Source: Basidiobolus meristosporus CBS 931.73
Taxonomy: Eukaryota > Fungi > Basidiobolomycota
Length of the DNA stretch: 64,000 bases
Direction of reading: 5' to 3'
NCBI GenBank assembly: GCA_002104905.1
Contig: MCFE01000384.1
Coordinates: 19,850-83,849 of the forward strand
Every line of letters begins with the position of its first letter. Position 1 is the first letter of the stretch. The notes under the pieces were generated by a model. That model ran no database searches. It worked only from the letters and a program-made list of their open reading frames with translations, and was not told the origin of the DNA. This document shows positions 59,349 to 64,000 of this stretch, piece by piece. The position numbers and the translations under genes were made by a program.

Positions 59349-62300
59349 TCATAGGGAATACCTGTAGGTGTATCTTAAGCAGAAATCAGCAGTTGCTATT
59401 AGGTATCTAAAAATCTGCTTAGCTGCTGCAATATGATCAGATCTATAGTTCTGATTATGCTGGCTGACAACTCCCACTGAGTATAAGATATCTGGAAATG
59501 TTTCAAGCATGATATCCAGCAGACTGCAGAATATAGACTGATACAGAAAGTCAGGCCTTTGCAGTGTTTCTAAGTTATTTGTAGCTATAATAAGATCATC
59601 CACCTTTAGAGCTAACAGAACTGGACTTGCTCTACCTGGCTTATAGTATCCACTATAGTCAGAATTACTCCTTTAGAAATTCAACAATTCCAAATAAGAA
59701 TATGTTCTGTAATTCCAGGCACCTAGTGATTATTCAAGTCCATATGGAGATTTTTGGCTGGCAGACTAAATGGGGCCATCTTGGTCAGCAGGCCCATCAG
59801 GCAGGCTCATATAAATGTTTTCATTAGGTTCTTTATCCAAAAATGCAGCTTCTACAACCATTGATGTATAAAAAACTTATATTTGGCTGCAATGGTCAAT
59901 ATTAATCTGATGCAATTAAGCTTGGCTATTAGTGCAAAGGTCTTGGTGTAGTCAAGTCCTTTTATTTAAGAGTGTCCTTTGGCCACAAGTCTTGCTTTGT
60001 GTCTTTCAATTGAACCATCAGCCTTGTACTCTGACTTAAAGACCCATCTGCATCCAATTAACTTTTGGTTGATTGGTAATTTGACTAAGTCCCAAGTTTG
60101 ATTTCCCATCAAAGCCTGATATTCCTCAGCCATTGAGAACTCCAAAACTTTGTTCAAGGGCTATTTATGGCCTCTTGTACAGTCTGGGGCTCATCAGTAT
60201 GGACTGAACAGGCATAGGCAAGTTTGTACCCTCATCAAAAAAGTAACTTGGGCTATTTCTTGTCCAGTTGGATCTCCTGGCAATTGATAGTGGAATGCTT
60301 GCCCCTGGGAAATTTCTGGGCACTGATTCAGGCTGAAGCACAGATGTAGAGTATTCTGGAGTGAAAATCTTTTACTTTGCTCTGATTCAATTCTGACTTT
60401 TTGTACACTTGAGATCAGATTTTTGACATCATTTGATGTCATTTTCAGCAAAAATTTCGAATTTCCACCAAATAACATATCCCTGGACTTGATCAGCTTC
60501 TTTGCTTTGGTATTGTAGAGTCTGTATGCTTAACTCAGATTGCAGTAGCCCAAAACTATGCACTTACAGTTTTTAGCTAAAATTTTGAGTGATTTCCAAG
60601 CTGTTTTTGGCATATGCTGTACATCTAAATTGCTGTAAGAGTCTTGGAAGTATTGGGAGTGATTGGGAGGACAAGTAGTTTATGTGGCTTTCACTTAAAG
60701 ATTTATTGAATGTTAAAGTGGTATTTTTACTTTACATGGTCTTGGCATACAAAACACGTAGAACAGGCTAAGGAGGGTCCCAAAAACATATGTGCAAAGT
60801 TTGGGCTATTTAGACAACTTGTCTAATTTTCATGTTCTGGGTGAATATTTTAAGTAAATCCTAATAAGAAATTTAGTGGTATTCTCTATGATTTGAAGGT
60901 AATGATCAAAGTGACTAAGTTAGGCAAATATTTAGGTGGAATTACAAATTTTTACACCATAAATACTGTTAGACATTCTACACTTGGTCTGCATCTGTAC
61001 AATGCTTCAAATGATGTAGAATTACAAAGTATTCTGCAATAACTCATATTTTTAAGGTATACAGTTGTGGCAATTGATTCTGCCCAAAAATTGTAGGATA
61101 ATACTTGATTGTGGATTATAAATCTTTCCATATCAATTATTGCACTGTTTGCATGATTGGCCACTCCAGTTTGCTAAGGGGAGTATGGTACAGTAGTGTT
61201 ATGCTTTATCCTATGATTCTGTAGAAGTGGATGAAGAGTTTTGAGGTATGTTCTCCACCATTGTTGGAGCATATTTTCGGGAATACTTTTACCAGTTTCT
61301 CTTTCCACCATGGCTATACACTCCCTGAGCTTGGACAAAGCATCTTCCTTTCACTCCATGAGGTAAACCCACCTGCATCTTGTATAAACATCAATAAAGG
61401 TGATCAAACACCTCATCACACTTAGGATAAATTTTGCACAGGTCCACACAGATCTGAGCAAATTAGATCTAATTTTTTCTTAGTTTTGATTAACCCAAAG
61501 CTCTTGAATGGTTGTCTGGCTTGTTTCTCATATATGCAGTCTTTACAGTGCTCTAAATTAGCTGGAGGATTCATTATCACTCTGGAAATTAGTTGTTCTT
61601 TGATCATTTTGTGCAAATAACCAAAACAGATGTGTCAAAGTCTCCTGCACCCAGGCATTGGTATTTCTTTATTCAAGTCACTTATACTGGCCTCCAGATA
61701 TGATGTATGATGAGCCAACTTGCATAGATTCTGATCTTTGATACCCAAAGCAATATGGGCACTATTCTGATCAGTAATTCTGCATCCACAATTGTCAATG
61801 CTGAAACTGTGGCCTTCTGCAATAGCTTGCTTACAGATAATAGGTTCATGGCTACTTCTGGTACACAGAGTACTTCTATGAAGGGAAGGTAAGGCATCTT
61901 TTGCTACTTCTAAGGTTTACCTGTATAGCTCCTTCTCCCACTGCATCAAGCATTCTATTGTCACCCATGAAAACCTTTGGAAATGGAATCTCTTGATATT
62001 GGGTAAAACATTTTTTTGGTGTGTTAAGTGTTCAGATGCTGCAGAGTCATTGTACCACATCCCAGAGTCCTTGATTGTGGCCTTATTTAGTGCAGATATG
62101 AATAGTCTATCTTCATTTGTTGCATCATCTCCATATTCAGGCATATCCTGCCAACTATCTCTCTTTTTCAAGCATCAGTCTAATGTGAGTCCTTTACCTT
62201 TGCAATAGTTGCCAGACAGGTTGTTGTAGCCTTCAAAGTGTCCTAAGTACATCCTTTGTTGGTTATCACTGCTTATTGAAGCATTTTATTCTCCCTTCAT

Positions 62301-62393
62301 ATTGGTGCATGATTTTCTTAATTCTTCATTCAGGAGCCTTCCATATATAGAATTTGAGGTCAAATCTTCAGTTCTGGACTCTAAGGCTGATAC
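59349..62393 (-). mobile_element. Degenerate Ty1/Copia element (gag C-terminus, protease, integrase, RT), interrupted by two younger insertions
   Basis: VSALESRTEDLT (gag), WYNDSAASEHLT (PR), C..C..KQARQPF..DLCGP and FWAESIATTVYLKN (IN), TWDLVKLP..IGCRWVFK..DGSIERHKARLVAKG (RT); many stops. Confidence 0.92.
60631..60959 (-). mobile_element. Solo LTR (329 bp) with 5-bp target-site duplication
   Basis: TAAAT|TGCTGTAA...TTACACCA|TAAAT; removing it restores the integrase reading LTVF-RCTAY; similar to the LTR at 62394. Confidence 0.88.
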
Positions 62394-63130
62394 TGTGGTA
62401 GAAATTTGTAATCCAACCTAAATACTTGCCTAACTTAATCACTTGGAGCATCACCTTCAAATCCTAGGGAGTACTGACCAAATCCCTTGTTGGGATTTAC
62501 TTAGAATATTTTCAAAAAAATACCAGGTACCCAGAACATAAAAATTCTCAAAGTTGTCCAAACAGCCCCAAAGCTTGCACACATATTCTGAGGCCTTCCT
62601 GAAGCTTCTCTATGCATTTGGCATGCCTGGATCATGCAAATGTATAAATACTACCTTTACATTCAATAAATCATTAAGTGAAAATCACATAATCTACTTG
62701 TATCCCATTCACTTCCAATATTGCCAAAACTACTATAATAGGTTATGAGCTGCAAGCTGTCACTCTCTGCAATCTCTACTTGGCTATTACTGAAATTTCT
62801 TACACTGCTGAAAAGTTGGATGGATCTAACTATCAAGTGTGGAAGGTCAAGATGGTGATGCTGCTACAGGAAAGAGGCTGTTGGGATATTTTCACAAGAG
62901 AAGACTGCCCTCCAAAAAATGTGGGAGAGGAAGCTTTAAAGTACCAGACAAAAGAACAAAGTGCCTTTAACTGTATTTGCCTTGATGTCAAAGACAAACT
63001 TATTATACATGCTCAAGTGTAAAAACAGCAAAGAATACCTGGAAGGCATTAGAAGACACCTACCAGTCATGTTCAGCTGCTAAGAAAATGCATCTGAGAC
63101 AAAAATTTTTTACTACAAAGATACTGCCAG
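62394..63130 (+). mobile_element. 5' end of a second Copia element: LTR (62394-62740), PBS, gag N-terminus
   Basis: The LTR aligns with the reverse complement of 60631-60959 and contains TATAAATA and AATAAA. It is followed by GGTTATGAGC (copia-type tRNA-iMet-half PBS) and gag EKLDGSNYQVWKVKM..LLQERGCWD..AKNTWKAL. Confidence 0.82.
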
Positions 63131-64000
63131 GACATTTTAGGAATATATTCTCAGAAGTGGATCACCAATACCAACTTAACATATCTACAGCTGTTGTGCT
63201 AGGTGTTTATAACTGTATTTGAGCAACTATACTACAAACATAAAGCTGAATGCTTAGATCTCTGCCACTACTATATCCATTCTTGACTTTATCTTGCTTG
63301 GTATGTGGAGCATATTGGGCCTTGCTTCACCTTTTGGGAGTTTACTATGTAGTAGATGTGTGGAGAGATAGGAAGACAAGTCAAGTTGCAAGTACTACAA
63401 TATCCTAATCTCCTCATGAATATTACCTTCAAGTCTAACATGGATGTGATGAGTTGGTACATGTAGGACAGCCAGAAAGAGTTGGAAAATACTGAGGACA
63501 AATGTGCACATGGAGACACCTATGCCTATGGCATTAAGAAGCTAAGCAGCCCCAATGTGTGGGTAATCAGTTAAGTAATGCAAACTTGGGTTGGGTGCAA
63601 CAAGCAACTTATTTGTATAAGGAAAACTATACTTCAGTGTGCCTGATTTCTCATGGTCACAAGCTAACTTCTACACTATTCAATACGGAATTCACTCAAA
63701 CAGAAGCCAGAGCACACCTATACAAGGCACTAGAATCCAGCAGGGAGATGGAATATATTAGACTTGTACTGTTGGGTAGTGCCACATTGAGCCATGGGTG
63801 CCAATTGATGCCATAGTGTGCCAGGGAGGCTAAGTGAGCCTATACTTGGCCACAGAGTGTGAAACATAGCTCTGCATCCTCATATAGAGCCACCTCTGTA
63901 TTGCACCCATTGTGTTGGAGAAAGTCCATTTTTTGACCTTTTTTTAGGTCAATGTTGTGCAGGATGTGTAAGAGTACAAATGGATTAAAGATATGCATCT

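Noticed and set aside
62780-63130. Internal inversion of gag within a single Copia
   Set aside because: The plus-strand gag is preceded by its own LTR and PBS, so it is a second, nested element.

Overview
Eukaryotic, intron-rich fungal DNA (short GT-AG introns with CTRAC-type branch points). The gene set and the CpG-purged repeats suggest an early-diverging lineage; a Zoopagomycota fungus such as Basidiobolus is my best guess and is inference only. Bases 1 to about 49.4 kb are gene-dense, with about 29 protein genes. These include housekeeping genes (RPS2, SSF1, SRP40, IPP1, ERV1, PRE10, PRE4, ALG13, HMG-CoA lyase, ATX1), a convergent pair of CE4 deacetylases, LDB/SEUSS-like and CP2/grainyhead regulators, two paralogues of a fungal tandem-domain protein and several orphans. 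The same stretch holds three copies of a convergent tRNA-Pro(CGG)/tRNA-Arg(CCG) cassette, two of which form a 457-bp-arm inverted repeat. From about 49.5 kb to the end the sequence is almost free of CpG. This domain contains (i) a five-copy, ~1.2-kb tandem array of a small secreted precursor (signal peptide, KR site, then a strict C-[C/Y/W]-D-[P/D] tetrapeptide polymer, about 35% Cys and 31% Asp, no basic residues) lying 2 kb from the copper chaperone ATX1, with a tRNA-like fold and a 24-bp minisatellite in its spacers, and (ii) nested, decayed retrotransposons. The array is the most novel-looking system in the window. All splice models and counts were read by eye.
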